Shown: positions 35,701 through 45,826 of the stretch, piece by piece | Numbering within the stretch: position 1 is the stretch's first letter | Layout of the letters: every line of letters starts with the position of its first letter | Source of the DNA: Flectonema sp. DT1601 | Taxonomy: Eukaryota | Length of the DNA stretch: 64,000 nucleotides | Direction: 5' to 3' | Assembly (NCBI GenBank): GCA_964019425.1 | Contig: OZ025801.1 | Coordinates: 1,116,001 to 1,180,000 of the forward strand | The notes under the pieces: model-generated | What the model was told of the DNA's origin: nothing | Databases searched by the model: none | The model's input: only the letters and a program-made list of their open reading frames with translations | Position numbers and translations under genes: made by a program

Positions 35701-36520
35701 CTTCATGCAGTATGTTGTTAAAGAGCTTAGCATTCGCAGTTGCATCGTTGGAGAGTTTCGATTTTCTAATTCTCTTATCGAGCATATTTCCAAAGCAGTT
35801 CCAGTCCGTAGACTTGAAGTCCCACACTACGCGTTTCTTAGAACCTATCGTGGCCCGTGTAAGTTGACACATGGGATCCAGTACGGTGTAGAGAGGTCGG
35901 TGATCAGATCCATGTTTATTATCTTCTCTAATTACAGAGAATTCTTCCAGAATCATCGAGTTTTGAAAAAATATTACGTCCGGCGAGGTACCGCCCCCCG
36001 GGATATTAGGAAAAGGCCTTGTGATTGACCCCATCTTGTTGGCTACCAGTAGATCATTGTGTGCTGCCCATTCATGTAGAGTAGAACCTGCTGGCGTCGA
36101 TTTTGATGACCACACCGGATGATGGGCATTAAAGTCACCCGCGACGATTGCTTTCGTTGAGACTGGAAGATCTGACTTTCTGATCTTGCATCCCGGGGGA
36201 GCATAAATATTTAAGATGTCAATCTTTCCACCTATGTTGACCTTTACAACTTCAACATCATTTAAGTGAGGCGGAAGTACGATATCAGAACGCTGCTGAG
36301 TGTGGCATTTCTTCACCATAGTAATAACCCCACCACCCCGTGTTGCCCTATCATTCCGATAGGTAAAATAATCCGTGTGTGAGACTACATCTTTTGTCCA
36401 AGTTTCTTGCAGGCACAGTACGTCAGGCGCATAGGCATTGAGCAGCTTGTGTATGTAGGCACCTTTGTTCCCCATTGATCGACAGTTCCAGCTTAGTAGT
36501 GATATGAGGGAGTCGTCAGG
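32714..36520 (-). CDS. LINE ORF2p: AP endonuclease, reverse transcriptase, RNase H, CCHC finger (predicted to start at the post-2A Pro, 1268 aa)
   Basis: SWNCRS, LCLQETW, GDFNAHH, SDHRP (APE); KAAGPDG, FRPITLTS, DFTAAFD, GVPQGS, YPDD, KYLG (RT); DGS, AE, TDS, SH...D (RNase H); CPFC..H...C. The ORF-track Met at 36475 lies downstream of APE motif I. Confidence 0.9.
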   Translation of the reverse strand, partial: PDDSLISLLSWNCRSMGNKGAYIHKLLNAYAPDVLCLQETWTKDVVSHTDYFTYRNDRATRGGGVITMVKKCHTQQRSDIVLPPHLNDVEVVKVNIGGKIDILNIYAPPGCKIRKSDLPVSTKAIVAGDFNAHHPVWSSKSTPAGSTLHEWAAHNDLLVANKMGSITRPFPNIPGGGTSPDVIFFQNSMILEEFSVIREDNKHGSDHRPLYTVLDPMCQLTRATIGSKKRVVWDFKSTDWNCFGNMLDKRIRKSKLSNDATANAKLFNNILHEVAAKFIRRRVLFKGKRRRKWKTSTPDSAKSKGVHLRDQLDKGNNFAFAFKKIKELQQDAGKDISVNNISDCDLPSAFLDLFVSKSEILSLEAPALSEGDNEMDICCDFTMAEIEAAIKNLKTRKAAGPDGVHNEMIKNFTPATVEYLLRIINTSWKTSKVPYQWKQGLIKPMFKAGKPRNELKSFRPITLTSVVGKLAERLVYDRLMHWLTKHSSLSPLQAGFRRGRNTCEQITVLVDAVVRMHMKRKRSVFLSFDFTAAFDRINHKILLLKLVKMGVPNVIIRWITDFLTNRKVRVEANGYLSEFRTLAKGVPQGSILGPLLYLIYVDDLCKILELEKETTTSALYPDDTACVVSGHNMEEALSNAQIILDKVDQWCSDNDMALSVSKTCALKMIVRTKDTILNDTCNRELLFSRSVVENVIKMDYSDIEKSINLNSSRPMLQSGETILEVDGTPIKTQDELDNVMLRNIVLEDNVMVVKARFKTAFLLPIVDSVKYLGVHIDDRLTFHKQVAKIHEELKKGISLLQCLQPYDLDYKTLNMVKNLYVTARISYALDSFGWLISNSVDSIDFELRKVARLVTGCSRCTPRELLLWEADMLPFKRQIEKQTKIAYYRYKAMTWIPSTNRLASTQSYWAGLLPGIDSQRESQCLVQPDSMEPWVSPTNLRISNGCGFPKSANPAVDKEKFMSYIGTLPPVDMVINCDGSYSASGAAGAAHIAKSRSGLRSAYASRLYQADCSYRAEQHALKNAARHLRTVFSKDPSMRSVRLFTDSKSLLDELLGGRCRQRNTESLKILEYLRMCEMKVHLQFIPSHIGIEFHDEVDALAKEAAHNKNIRPVLVKGTYFSRSSHVKRCIKKDLLNVSGYTCYKHLIGGRSVKYPPGMERADEIRIANFRTGCHPLIQNWRKTIDCPFCGEPSSQVHLLQGCQSPKLDSARFKILGFSTLTGKWDRDRELIIANEIPNLEALFTLAWLPSLALIIRWMEQTSNLRLWK

Positions 36521-36562
36521 GCCAGGGTTGCGTTCGACATCGCCTGCCTGAAGCAGCAGTTC
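36518..36562 (-). other. 2A-like StopGo (ribosome-skipping) peptide ELLLQAGDVERNPG|P
   Basis: Translation of 36562-36518 matches the D(V/I)ExNPGP consensus with upstream LLxxAG, in frame with ORF2. Confidence 0.9.
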
Positions 36563-36621
36563 ACGAGCCGTATTCTTTTCTGTGAGTGAGTTGGTCGGAT
36601 TTAAATCATCGTCATCTTCAT

Positions 36622-36628
36622 CTAGTCA
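36622..36628 (-). promoter_or_regulatory. Stop-codon readthrough context UGA-CUAG
   Basis: ORF1 stop TGA (36628-36626) is followed by CTAG; it is the only stop between ORF1 and ORF2, which share a frame. Confidence 0.75.
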
Positions 36629-38275
36629 GTTGAGGTCAAAATCCGAGTCATCATCTTCCATTTCAACATCGCCGTTCTTATCACCTTCTTGTTTAACAGC
36701 AGATTCAGTGGGTGGTGGAGCTGATGCTGGTGTGGGTGCTGGCGCTGGTGTCGGTGCTGCTGCCGTCTGATGTGGTAGCTGAGTTGGTTGTTGTGGTTGA
36801 GGAGCTGTCTTCTGTCTCTTCAGGGTTCCTGTCAGTTTTTGAGCCGCGTCGCCTGGGTTGTAGGTTGGGCCTAGCGGTTTTCTGTCACTTTTCTTAACTT
36901 CCTTGTTTATCACAAGGTACTCATTGGTGCCTATGCTCACGAAGTTGGGAGGCTGCGTGTTTGAAATCGCCACAATCGTAGTGCTTCCACCTTTGTTAAA
37001 CGATGCGACCACTGTGTGCTCCCAGTTGTGAGAGGACTTCATAAAGTCGCTGATCTGCGCTGTTGAGAATTTCCGTATCGCCATTGATTTTATAATGTAC
37101 CTGTCACCGGAAGGCAGTGCAGGTTTGAGTGACGCGCTTAACTTAATACGCACTTCAGTGTTGCAGTCGGGATGAACTCGGAGTCCATAACAGGTTTTGA
37201 ACTTACACAGGTAGAATTTACCTTCGAAACCTTCCAGTATTGATGTCTTGGACTTTGCTGCCAAGAATCCAAGATCGTTATTGAATTGAAGAGTTGGCCA
37301 GACATCGCTTCCATTTGACCAGCTCGGGTTTCTGACAAATACATTCTTAGGTTTGTCGGTCTCCGGGTCGTTATTGTTAAACTCCAGAATCTTGTGTACT
37401 TGGTTTCTGGGAATTCTAATAGCCATTGAGGAATGTGAATCATTTCGTTTGTAACTGAAAGGGGCTGCATTAATCTTTTTCTTTTTTAGCAGTTCCTTTG
37501 TTTTGATCGTTAGATCTTTTTCACTTGATTTGCCCCAATCCTGAACAAACAAGACGGGGTCGGGTGTCGGATGTTGAATTTCGGATGTGGCTTTGGAAAA
37601 ATCTTCACCACAGATATGCGTGTAGAAGACTCGTCTGATTTCGCAGACACCACCCTTTTTGATCACCGGTATGGCGACAGGCACCGTGCTTTTGGTTAGC
37701 GGTACTTTGCTGATTGCAGCCCATCGACCACTCTTCTTTGTCTGACGGAGAGCTTCCCAGTCCTGTTTAGAGCGTACTAAAACAAGACCCGATGCGAGAT
37801 TGTTGGTAGCATTCGCTGCTACGTCGTAGTTGATTGTAGACACAGTGCCCGCCCACGCGCCGTGTACATGCCATTCCGGGTAGCTTGCTTTAGCATTTCC
37901 CTTTGTGGTTTGTTTAGTCGATGTTGATGATGGTACAGGCAGCGGAAACGAAAAGGTTGATTGTTTAGGTGCCGATGTTGTCTGTTGATTAGAAGCTGTA
38001 GACGCCTCTGTTGTCGGTTGATTGCTGCCTGCGGTTGGGGCCGTCGCTTCGGTTGCCGTCGCGGTCGCATCCGTCCCACCACCCACTTCGGGAGTGTCCG
38101 GTCTTCTTCTTTTCATCTCAGGGTTCCCACCTTCCGACCCCGTCACGAACTGGATAACCTCCATCAGGAGATTCGCCACTCTTTTCTCTTTCTCATACTC
38201 GGGGATCCCATCATCTCCCACCATCTTCAGGAGGTTCATAGCCTCCGATACTAACCTCCTCAGGTTGTCTCTCAT
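36626..38275 (-). CDS. LINE ORF1p (549 aa from ATG 38275)
   Basis: Long ORF upstream of ORF2 with basic KRRR, T/A- and Q/P-rich segments and an acidic tail; no CCHC or RRM recognised. Confidence 0.8.
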   Translation of the reverse strand: MRDNLRRLVSEAMNLLKMVGDDGIPEYEKEKRVANLLMEVIQFVTGSEGGNPEMKRRRPDTPEVGGGTDATATATEATAPTAGSNQPTTEASTASNQQTTSAPKQSTFSFPLPVPSSTSTKQTTKGNAKASYPEWHVHGAWAGTVSTINYDVAANATNNLASGLVLVRSKQDWEALRQTKKSGRWAAISKVPLTKSTVPVAIPVIKKGGVCEIRRVFYTHICGEDFSKATSEIQHPTPDPVLFVQDWGKSSEKDLTIKTKELLKKKKINAAPFSYKRNDSHSSMAIRIPRNQVHKILEFNNNDPETDKPKNVFVRNPSWSNGSDVWPTLQFNNDLGFLAAKSKTSILEGFEGKFYLCKFKTCYGLRVHPDCNTEVRIKLSASLKPALPSGDRYIIKSMAIRKFSTAQISDFMKSSHNWEHTVVASFNKGGSTTIVAISNTQPPNFVSIGTNEYLVINKEVKKSDRKPLGPTYNPGDAAQKLTGTLKRQKTAPQPQQPTQLPHQTAAAPTPAPAPTPASAPPPTESAVKQEGDKNGDVEMEDDDSDFDLN

Positions 38276-38332
38276 AATTGCTTTTCCTGTGAAACGTACC
38301 CACTGATTCTTACCAATATTTGGTTGCGAAAT

Positions 38333-38363
38333 CAATAAAGTACAGAAAGTACAGAAAGTACAG
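38333..38363 (-). other. Spliced-leader relic with tandem CTGTACTTT repeats
   Basis: Minus strand reads CTGTACTTT-CTGTACTTT-CTGTACTTTATTG. TTTCTGTACTTTATTG is the conserved 3' end of the euglenozoan (Leishmania/diplonemid-type) SL exon. Confidence 0.8.
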
Positions 38364-38630
38364 TTTTTTTTTCTCTTTTCTTCTTTTTCGATTCTTTTAA
38401 CTTTATATTTGTCTTCTTTTTTCTTTTTTTAAATAAGTTTTTACTCTTTGAGTGTCTACCTACGATACTCGGTGGTCTGATGGACTTGCTAACTAACTAA
38501 CTAACTTTTTCTTTCTTAGGCCTCACTCATGCGCACTCACTTGCTTATTTATTTAGTTATAAAAATAAGAAGAGCGAGTACGCTCAGAAAGAAAACAAAA
38601 AATAAGACAGGGGTGTGACTTTTCTTTTTA

Positions 38631-38747
38631 AGAGAATTGTGGCAGCGTAACTAACCTATTCCTTTATTAGGATTTTCTACCGGTTGCGCGCAAACAAAAT
38701 AAAAGTGTGAGTGAGTAAGTAAAAAGTGAAGTTTGCCGATTCTTTTT
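38631..38747. repeat. ~115-bp dispersed repeat, copy 2
   Basis: Same-orientation homolog of 21020-21134. Confidence 0.85.
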
Positions 38748-39009
38748 CTTTCCCCTTCCGAAATCCATTATTTTCGGTGCACATGACGCTGCAGAAAATA
38801 TTACTTATGAATCATTTAGGTGTTAGTTTCTTTTTTTACCGTTTGTCCTAATACCTGCGCTCTTATAAAAGACAGGAACGCGCAACTGTCAGGAGTCCGC
38901 TAGTTTTCGTGCTCTTTCTATTGTTCTTGACATTTTCTATTCCTTCTTTCGAGTGTTCTCTCCCTTACTGGTTCTGTTATACATTTTCTATTCAGGACGG
39001 AATGCAAGT

Positions 39010-41241
39010 ATGGAGGACTTACAAAAAGAGGGCTTTCGGCACTCGGCGGCAAAGCTTATTGCTAAGCAACAAGATGTAGTTGCGGGAATGCAAAAAGCGG
39101 GTGATGAACAACTGGGGTTGAGCTTTCTGAATGTTGTGAAGGCGGTGTGTTTGCTCAGCAGGAATGAGGTCCCGGAACCAGATAGAGCTGCATTGGTCGT
39201 AGCGGCTCAGTTTTTAGAATCATCGCAGTTGATCACAAGGTTAGCAGAATTGGAGGAGTTGACATTGCCTTATGCGACACTATCAAAATTAGGATTGTAC
39301 ACCTCACAAGACAACTTTGCTGATTCGGGATTGTTGCCGCCGTTCATGTTTCTTGTGGCAGATTGTATTCAAAAACTATATGCTTGTCAATGTAATTCAT
39401 TAGCTGAACATGATGACATACGATTGGGTTGTTACTCTGGTAATCCTCAAGTGTCCCCCAGAAGAAATATCCATCCGGGTCTTGAGTCACCAGCTAGAAG
39501 GCGATTCGAGCTTGACAACAACGGAAAGACTGAGCAGCCCATCCTCGATGTTGATAACCTTTCCCCGAGGCGTGTTTCTGGTGAACGGGAAGATTGGAAT
39601 CATCATTCACATGATGTTGACACCCTGAGAGCGTTAAGAAACAGGCAGCAGAATAACCTAACTCAGATGAAGCATACCTCTAAACAATACGAAGATACGA
39701 ATGACGGACTACTTCGTGTTGGTTCTTCTATCCCAGTGAGAACAGTCCAGCGCAGCTCAAGCCGCCATCCTGATGAATTACTAAACAAGGCAATCATGCG
39801 ATACTCAACAGCTGCGCGTACTGTGAAGCGTGTAACTCCAAGTGACATGGATCGCTTGGCGAGTCACTTCAGCTGCCCACAGTGCTTTGTTCCTTATTGC
39901 ATTGCCATGGCAGCCATCTTTTCTGTAAATGCACCATCTTTCTTTAAGAGAAGATCATCACTGGGAGGTGCTTGGAATGGTCTGCGACAGATAATATCAA
40001 AACCTACGCTACTCTGTCAGCTTATCACAGATTGTGATCCTTTTGATACGCCTCCAATGGCACTCGAGTACTTTTCAGCTTTAGAAGGAGCAGTGGCTCC
40101 GGTAAGTCAGTTGGCACGTGCAAGCCCTGCTGCGTTGGCGTTGGCAAACTGGGCGATCTGTTTCGTAGACAAGTGGGCAGAATTGGGAAGGCCTCTGGGA
40201 GAAGATGTAGATCCGAATGTTCATATCAAAGAAGTGAATGGGAATGCGACTCCTCGAAACGGCAGAACTCGAACGAGAACTCCGACCCACAGAAACAGGA
40301 ATGGTGTACCTGGTTATGCTTCACCAACACGAGCATCAGAACACCGCTCTGCTTCTATTCCAAAACGTAGACATAGTCGCAATAGCAGAGTAAGATCTTC
40401 TTCAAGACCAACTGTACGATTATCAAGTGTTAAAGGAATTACCATACCTTTAGGTATTGATGAGGAAGTGTTAGAAGAAAATCTCGTTAGGACTCTTGTT
40501 GATATTCGGACGTTGACCGCAAGAGATTTTGCGATTCTATCAACACACGTTAGATGTGATAATGAACTGTCACGAATAGTTCAGGCGACTATTGAAGGAG
40601 TTGTTGTTATCACTGGACTTGGTGGTGATAATCCTCGAGATGGAACTGTTGATTTTTGGGAAGTTGGTATTGCAGCACTCCAAAACCAGCCTGGCGAAGT
40701 TATGAATGCCGTGCGAGCTCTCGAGACGTGTGTAATGTCGGAAGATATTTTACACCACGTCGCCTCTCTGACTTCACTAATGGGAACTGAATCACCAACA
40801 CCATACCTCGCAGTTAATGTATTGAGATCATGGCTATCTGCGATGGTTAATTATCAATTATCTATGAAATCTAGAGGTAGAAACACGTTAGAATTCGTTG
40901 CGAAGAAGGCTGATGCAGCATTACAACAAGGACTCTCATCACCTATTCCTAGAATGTTAGATGTAAGGACTACTACTAATGATAGTATACATCACCCACC
41001 GTCACTTACAACACCAGTTGCAGTTAGTATCTCGCATGTATCTCCTGCAAAACAGTTCAGGGATAGCGAAATTACGATTCTTCTTGAAGGGGCTGGGTTA
41101 GCAAAGTATTTACCTGTTTTTAGAGAACATGAAGTTGATATTGATAGCCTTCGTCTACTGCGAGAAGTTGACCTTACATCGATGGGTCTCGCAATCGGAC
41201 CAAAGAGAAAGCTGATGGACATTATTGATAAACTCCGATAG
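39010..41241 (+). CDS. Protein with C-terminal SAM domain and possible dynein-stalk-like helical repeats
   Basis: LEGAGLAKYLPVFREHEVDIDSLRLLREVDLTSMGLAIGPKRKL is a SAM domain; first ATG at 39010. Confidence 0.75.
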   Translation: MEDLQKEGFRHSAAKLIAKQQDVVAGMQKAGDEQLGLSFLNVVKAVCLLSRNEVPEPDRAALVVAAQFLESSQLITRLAELEELTLPYATLSKLGLYTSQDNFADSGLLPPFMFLVADCIQKLYACQCNSLAEHDDIRLGCYSGNPQVSPRRNIHPGLESPARRRFELDNNGKTEQPILDVDNLSPRRVSGEREDWNHHSHDVDTLRALRNRQQNNLTQMKHTSKQYEDTNDGLLRVGSSIPVRTVQRSSSRHPDELLNKAIMRYSTAARTVKRVTPSDMDRLASHFSCPQCFVPYCIAMAAIFSVNAPSFFKRRSSLGGAWNGLRQIISKPTLLCQLITDCDPFDTPPMALEYFSALEGAVAPVSQLARASPAALALANWAICFVDKWAELGRPLGEDVDPNVHIKEVNGNATPRNGRTRTRTPTHRNRNGVPGYASPTRASEHRSASIPKRRHSRNSRVRSSSRPTVRLSSVKGITIPLGIDEEVLEENLVRTLVDIRTLTARDFAILSTHVRCDNELSRIVQATIEGVVVITGLGGDNPRDGTVDFWEVGIAALQNQPGEVMNAVRALETCVMSEDILHHVASLTSLMGTESPTPYLAVNVLRSWLSAMVNYQLSMKSRGRNTLEFVAKKADAALQQGLSSPIPRMLDVRTTTNDSIHHPPSLTTPVAVSISHVSPAKQFRDSEITILLEGAGLAKYLPVFREHEVDIDSLRLLREVDLTSMGLAIGPKRKLMDIIDKLR

Positions 41242-41761
41242 CACCTCATCGTAACACTTTATGAAGCACTTGGCTGTGTGTTCTTACTTTTAGATGGTTC
41301 ATTTTTCTTTTAATTATTGTTTTCGGCATTCCGACTTAGCTGACGGTAACATGCTCTTGTTGTTGTTCAAAACACTCTTGGTAGAATTTATCTTATGTGT
41401 TCTTGTGTTTAGATTAACTTTTTTTTTTTTTTTTTGTAATTTTCAAAACTTTTTACCTTTTAGCGAACAGTTTAGTGGCTGGTGGTATTTCCGTGTGGTA
41501 TTTGTCGCAATGTAGTAGGACAGAATTGCTGATGGCTACTTCCCATATCGGAATTAGAACTCGAGAGAGTCCAATATTTTCATTGCTCCGCTTAACCACA
41601 AGCGGATAGTGTGAGCTTCAAACGGTTTTCCATTAGGCGAGCAACAGTTCCCTTACTTTTTTTTATACTTTTTCTTAGCATGTAATCATAATCCTTACAA
41701 TCCTTTAGTTGTAGCAGTTCAATTATTATCCTTTCCCCCCCGTAGTTTAGTTGCAAGAATC

Positions 41762-43328
41762 ATGTCTGCTTCAGAATCGAACTGGCATGACGACATGTTG
41801 GGGAGTATCGATGTTGAGATGCAGGGGTATAGCGTATGTTATGATTAGTGTTAAAGGTTTACTTTTTATGTTTTCGTAGTGTAAGAATCGATTAATAATT
41901 AAACTTAAAACAGTCGAGTCTGGAAACGCCATCTACACCTTCTGACGTAACCCTTGATGATAGCAGTAGTATTGGAAGTAGTATCGTGTCATCAGGTCTT
42001 GAGTTTACTCCTCAGCAGCAGCAATACAACAGCCACGTCCACCACCACAGCCACAGCCACAGCCCCGCACAGCCACGTGTTCAGCAACCAGATGCTAGTG
42101 AACAGGCTGTTCCGCATCTCTTCCTCCAAACTGTGACCAGTCAGAAATATGAAGCTCCGTCAACTGCTGGAAACACACCTGCACCATGTGCAAGATTCGG
42201 TCACACAGCAGTTATGTACAAAGACACGATGATTGTTTACGGTGGAAGAAATGCAGAGTGCCTCGGAGATGTTTGGACGTTCGATTTCCTCGAAAGAAAC
42301 TGGACACCCGTATGTGATTATCTTTTATTCTTTATACTCTTTCTTAACTTTGACGATACCAACAGTTACTTTATTTGTTCAATTACACTAATTATTTATT
42401 GGTAACGATTAACTTCTGTTCGTCGAAGTGTTTCATCCAACCAGTCAAATAAATAATAAAACAGATTCACACTCCTGCAGGACCGTGTCCACGTGCTGGA
42501 CACACTGCGGTGGTCTACGGTTCTAAGATGTTTATTTTTGGAGGAGTTGGTAATAAAGAAAGTGGAAACTGGTTGAATGACATGTGGTCGTTAGATTTGG
42601 AACGTTTCTGTTGGACACAAATATTGTCTAAGGGAGAGAAGGTACCCCAAGGCAGAAAGGGACATACTGCGGTAGTATCCCGAGACTCAATGTTTGTATT
42701 TGGTGGTGGTCAAGATGATGAAACTTTATATAATGATGTTTGGGAATATAAGTTTGAAGAAAGCCGTTGGTCACAACAACTTCTATTTGGATCAACAGAA
42801 CTACATCCGAGAATGTATCACGTGGCTGTTCTTATACCTGGTGACAAAATGATTGTATTTGGTGGCAGAGCACATACTGAAACAGGTTTTCTAAATGACG
42901 TTATTGAAATATCTCTTCACGGGACTGGTGATGTCTGTAGGTATACTGAACTGACTCCACGAGGTACTCCACCAACTCATAGAATGTGTTCAACAGCTAT
43001 TTATCATAATCACACAGTAGCAATATTTACGGGAGGATCGTTTTCTTATTTAGAAGATTCTCATCAACTTGATCTTCAAAAGATGCAATGGACTCCAATT
43101 GATAATGTTACTTTTGGAGGACGAACACGACCAACTACTGTGAAATGGAGAAACACAATTATGACATTTGGTGGTTGTGTTCACGTAGACGGATATGTAA
43201 ATGATTTCGTTGAAGTAGAACTAGAACCGATGTCTCTAATGCAGACAATGAGAGAATACATTCTTGAGAAGCGGATTACTGACAGAGAAGGATTACCTCA
43301 TCACATGAAACGATTCTTAGACGAGTAG
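41762..43328 (+). CDS. Kelch-repeat protein (exons 41762-41833, 41914-42309, 42465-43328)
   Basis: Repeated PxxRxGHTAV...FGG...NDxW motifs; two GT-AG introns join the ORF pieces in frame. Confidence 0.85.
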
Positions 43329-45772
43329 TAATAAGTGACGTAGTGTCTGATTACTAACAGCAATGGATGATTGTATTCTTAAATCTGGTTGGGTTTATCA
43401 TCCTAGAAAATCAAAACATTATTATATTCTACTGTGATATTGGTTCTTGCAAACACTTCTGTTTTTTTTTTTTTTTTTGTTCGTCTTTTTATATAATATT
43501 ATATATATTTTTCTATTATATTTTTGTAGGTATTGTACTGTTTTTTTGTTTCCTCTCAAAATTCCTCGAAATCTTCCCCCTTTTTTTTTTTTTTTTTTTT
43601 CCATTCCAACCCAAAAAAAAAATACCCCCCCTCCTTCTTCTACTTCATAAGTTTATTTTATTGACAGAAAGTAATTCACACGCAGGCAACTCTTTGGTAC
43701 TTGTGAACTCACACGGTGCCCACGAGAGTGCGCATTCGTTTAGTAGCTGCTGATCTTGCCTGTTAATTATCTAGTCTTCCCTGGTATCCTGTTTTGTATT
43801 GTTACTCAGTACACCTGTAGGGAAGCATTACTTTACTTTGTGTAATCTGATGCTTTCTGTAACCGACATTAGTTATATTTGTTTATCAAAACGTCTATTA
43901 AAGAAATGAAAAAAAAAAAAAAAAAAAAAAACATCCTTGTTCTCGACTTGTGAGCAAGCCACCTGACTGGGCTTTCATCAACATTGGGAACCACTTTAAT
44001 ATGAGAGTTTTCTGTTGGGAGGAATGAAGAAAAAAAAAAAATAATTAAAAAAATTCAGATTTTCTCATTTGCAGATTTGCTAAACAACACAATTTTTTTT
44101 TTTTTTTTTTAAAGTATCCAAACGAAGAAAAAGAATTTAAAAAAAAAAAAAAAAAAAAAGAAGGCTCGTAAAACCATCATCACATGACATCCTTTTATAA
44201 TAACAATTCATGGTAACTGCTGCTTTCTATGATAAGATAAAGATAACTATAAACATAAAGGGATTTGGTACACTTCTGTGTATGTAGCAATTGATGGTAA
44301 AACGACAACGAAGTCTTTTTTTTTTCCCCTTAAGGATTTGCCGTCGAGGTCTGGTTTGGAATTACTTTTCAAAGAACGAAATATGAAAAGAGACACAGTC
44401 TTAGGTGTGTGCGCTTCACTTCCTCCATAGAAGCTGTATCTGCTTTTGATTATCGTCTTGTACCAAAGTCTGGAGAGCGGTATTAATTTGCCGACGTTCT
44501 TATTTCTGTTTAATTAATCAGATCATTCTTGCCTTATAATTTGAACGAGAGAACGATTACCTTTTTTTTTTTTTATACAAAAAAAAAGTCTTTTGAGTTT
44601 TTTTTCGTTGGTTCCTCATCTGATAACCAATGACAAAAGTGTTGTTATTCATTTGGGAGGGTTGGCAGTGCTACAGCAACCCGTTTTTCCTTGAGTTCTG
44701 TTTTTTTTCTTTCCCTCCTCTTCTTTTTTCACTCCCATCAATAGCTGGCTGACTTCTACACCATAACTTATGATAGGATTACTCGCCTGATAGTTACTTC
44801 AAAAAACTAAGTTATCGTTTATGGTAATGCGATACAATACAGTCTGTGAAAGGGGGGAAAAGAGAAAATCCCAAAATTCTTTTTGTTTAAAACGGAGAAT
44901 TCGAACTTCAAAAGATTTTTAAGAAGAAGAAGAAGAAAAAAGGTTTTTTTTCTAATTATTTGCAATCAACAAAAAACAAACGACAATTTAAGAATGAAAT
45001 TATTAATTAATGTTTCAATTTGAATGCTGGTTTTGCCATCTGAACACAAAAGACATTTTATTGAAAGCTCTCTCTGTGACAAACTACTACTACTACTACT
45101 ACTAAATAAAATAAAAATTAGGGAATAGCTGCGAAAAAAAAAAAAAAAAAAGAAATCTCTCGTTCAAAAGAGGCAAGCTGTATTGTTGTTAAATAATTAA
45201 GGAACAATAGTAACTTATAATATAGGTTACGTTAATAAATAAATAATTCGGGGGGAAAAAAAAAAAAAAAAAAAAAACGAATCGATGAGTCGTCAGGGTT
45301 TTTATGCGAAAATCTGGAGAACAAAAAAAAAAAAAAAGAAAGAAAAGAAAAGAAAAAAAAATTATTATTCCCTCTCCCGTATGTCCTTTCCCCCCTTTGT
45401 TAAAAGCATTTTGTGTGTCAAAAAAAAACTAATAAAAAAAGAAAACTAAAACAAACAGAGAGAGAGATGAGAATAATTAAAGTATTCTCGTTTAGGAGGA
45501 GCCTTTTATTGGTTCAAAAAAAAAAAATTAAAAAAAATGACTTCATAAAGATTGAAAAAAAGGTTTCGTCTTTGAGTCAGAATTGTACTCTCCCTCCCAT
45601 TCCCTTTCTTTTTCTTAATCGAAGAATTACCTTCGCAAGTCAAAACAGTTTTTTTTTAATTTTATTTTTTTTTTTATTTTTTCCTTTCTAAAGAATTAAT
45701 ACAAAAAATCGAATCGAATTGAATCTCACTTCTACAGTCTTGTCTCAGTTCAAAAAAAAAAAAAAAATATTC

Positions 45773-45804
45773 CCCCCCTTTCTATTTTTTTAAAACAGAT
45801 TCAC
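45773..45804 (+). repeat. 32-bp target-site duplication, left copy
   Basis: cccccctttctatttttttaaaacagattcac, identical to 51258-51289. Confidence 0.85.
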
Positions 45805-45826
45805 TTTTTTTTGAAAATACTTCATT

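Larger units (their letters stand above)
32212..38363 (-). mobile_element. Non-LTR retrotransposon (APE-RT-RNase H, 2A-containing; ingi/L1Tc- or I-group-like)
   Basis: ORF1 plus ORF2 with APE, RT, RNase H and CCHC. 5' end marked by an SL relic at 38363-38333. The 3' boundary is uncertain; a candidate poly(A) lies at 32233-32212. Confidence 0.9.

Noticed and set aside
36655..36675. Second 2A-like motif GDVEM at the end of ORF1
   Set aside because: Lacks NPGP; it is part of the acidic tail.
38333..38363. Intact SL-RNA gene or a CRE/SLACS-type SL-targeted insertion
   Set aside because: Only the 3' part of the exon is present, it is not followed by the GT donor, no SL sequence flanks the 3' end, and the element uses APE rather than a restriction-like endonuclease.
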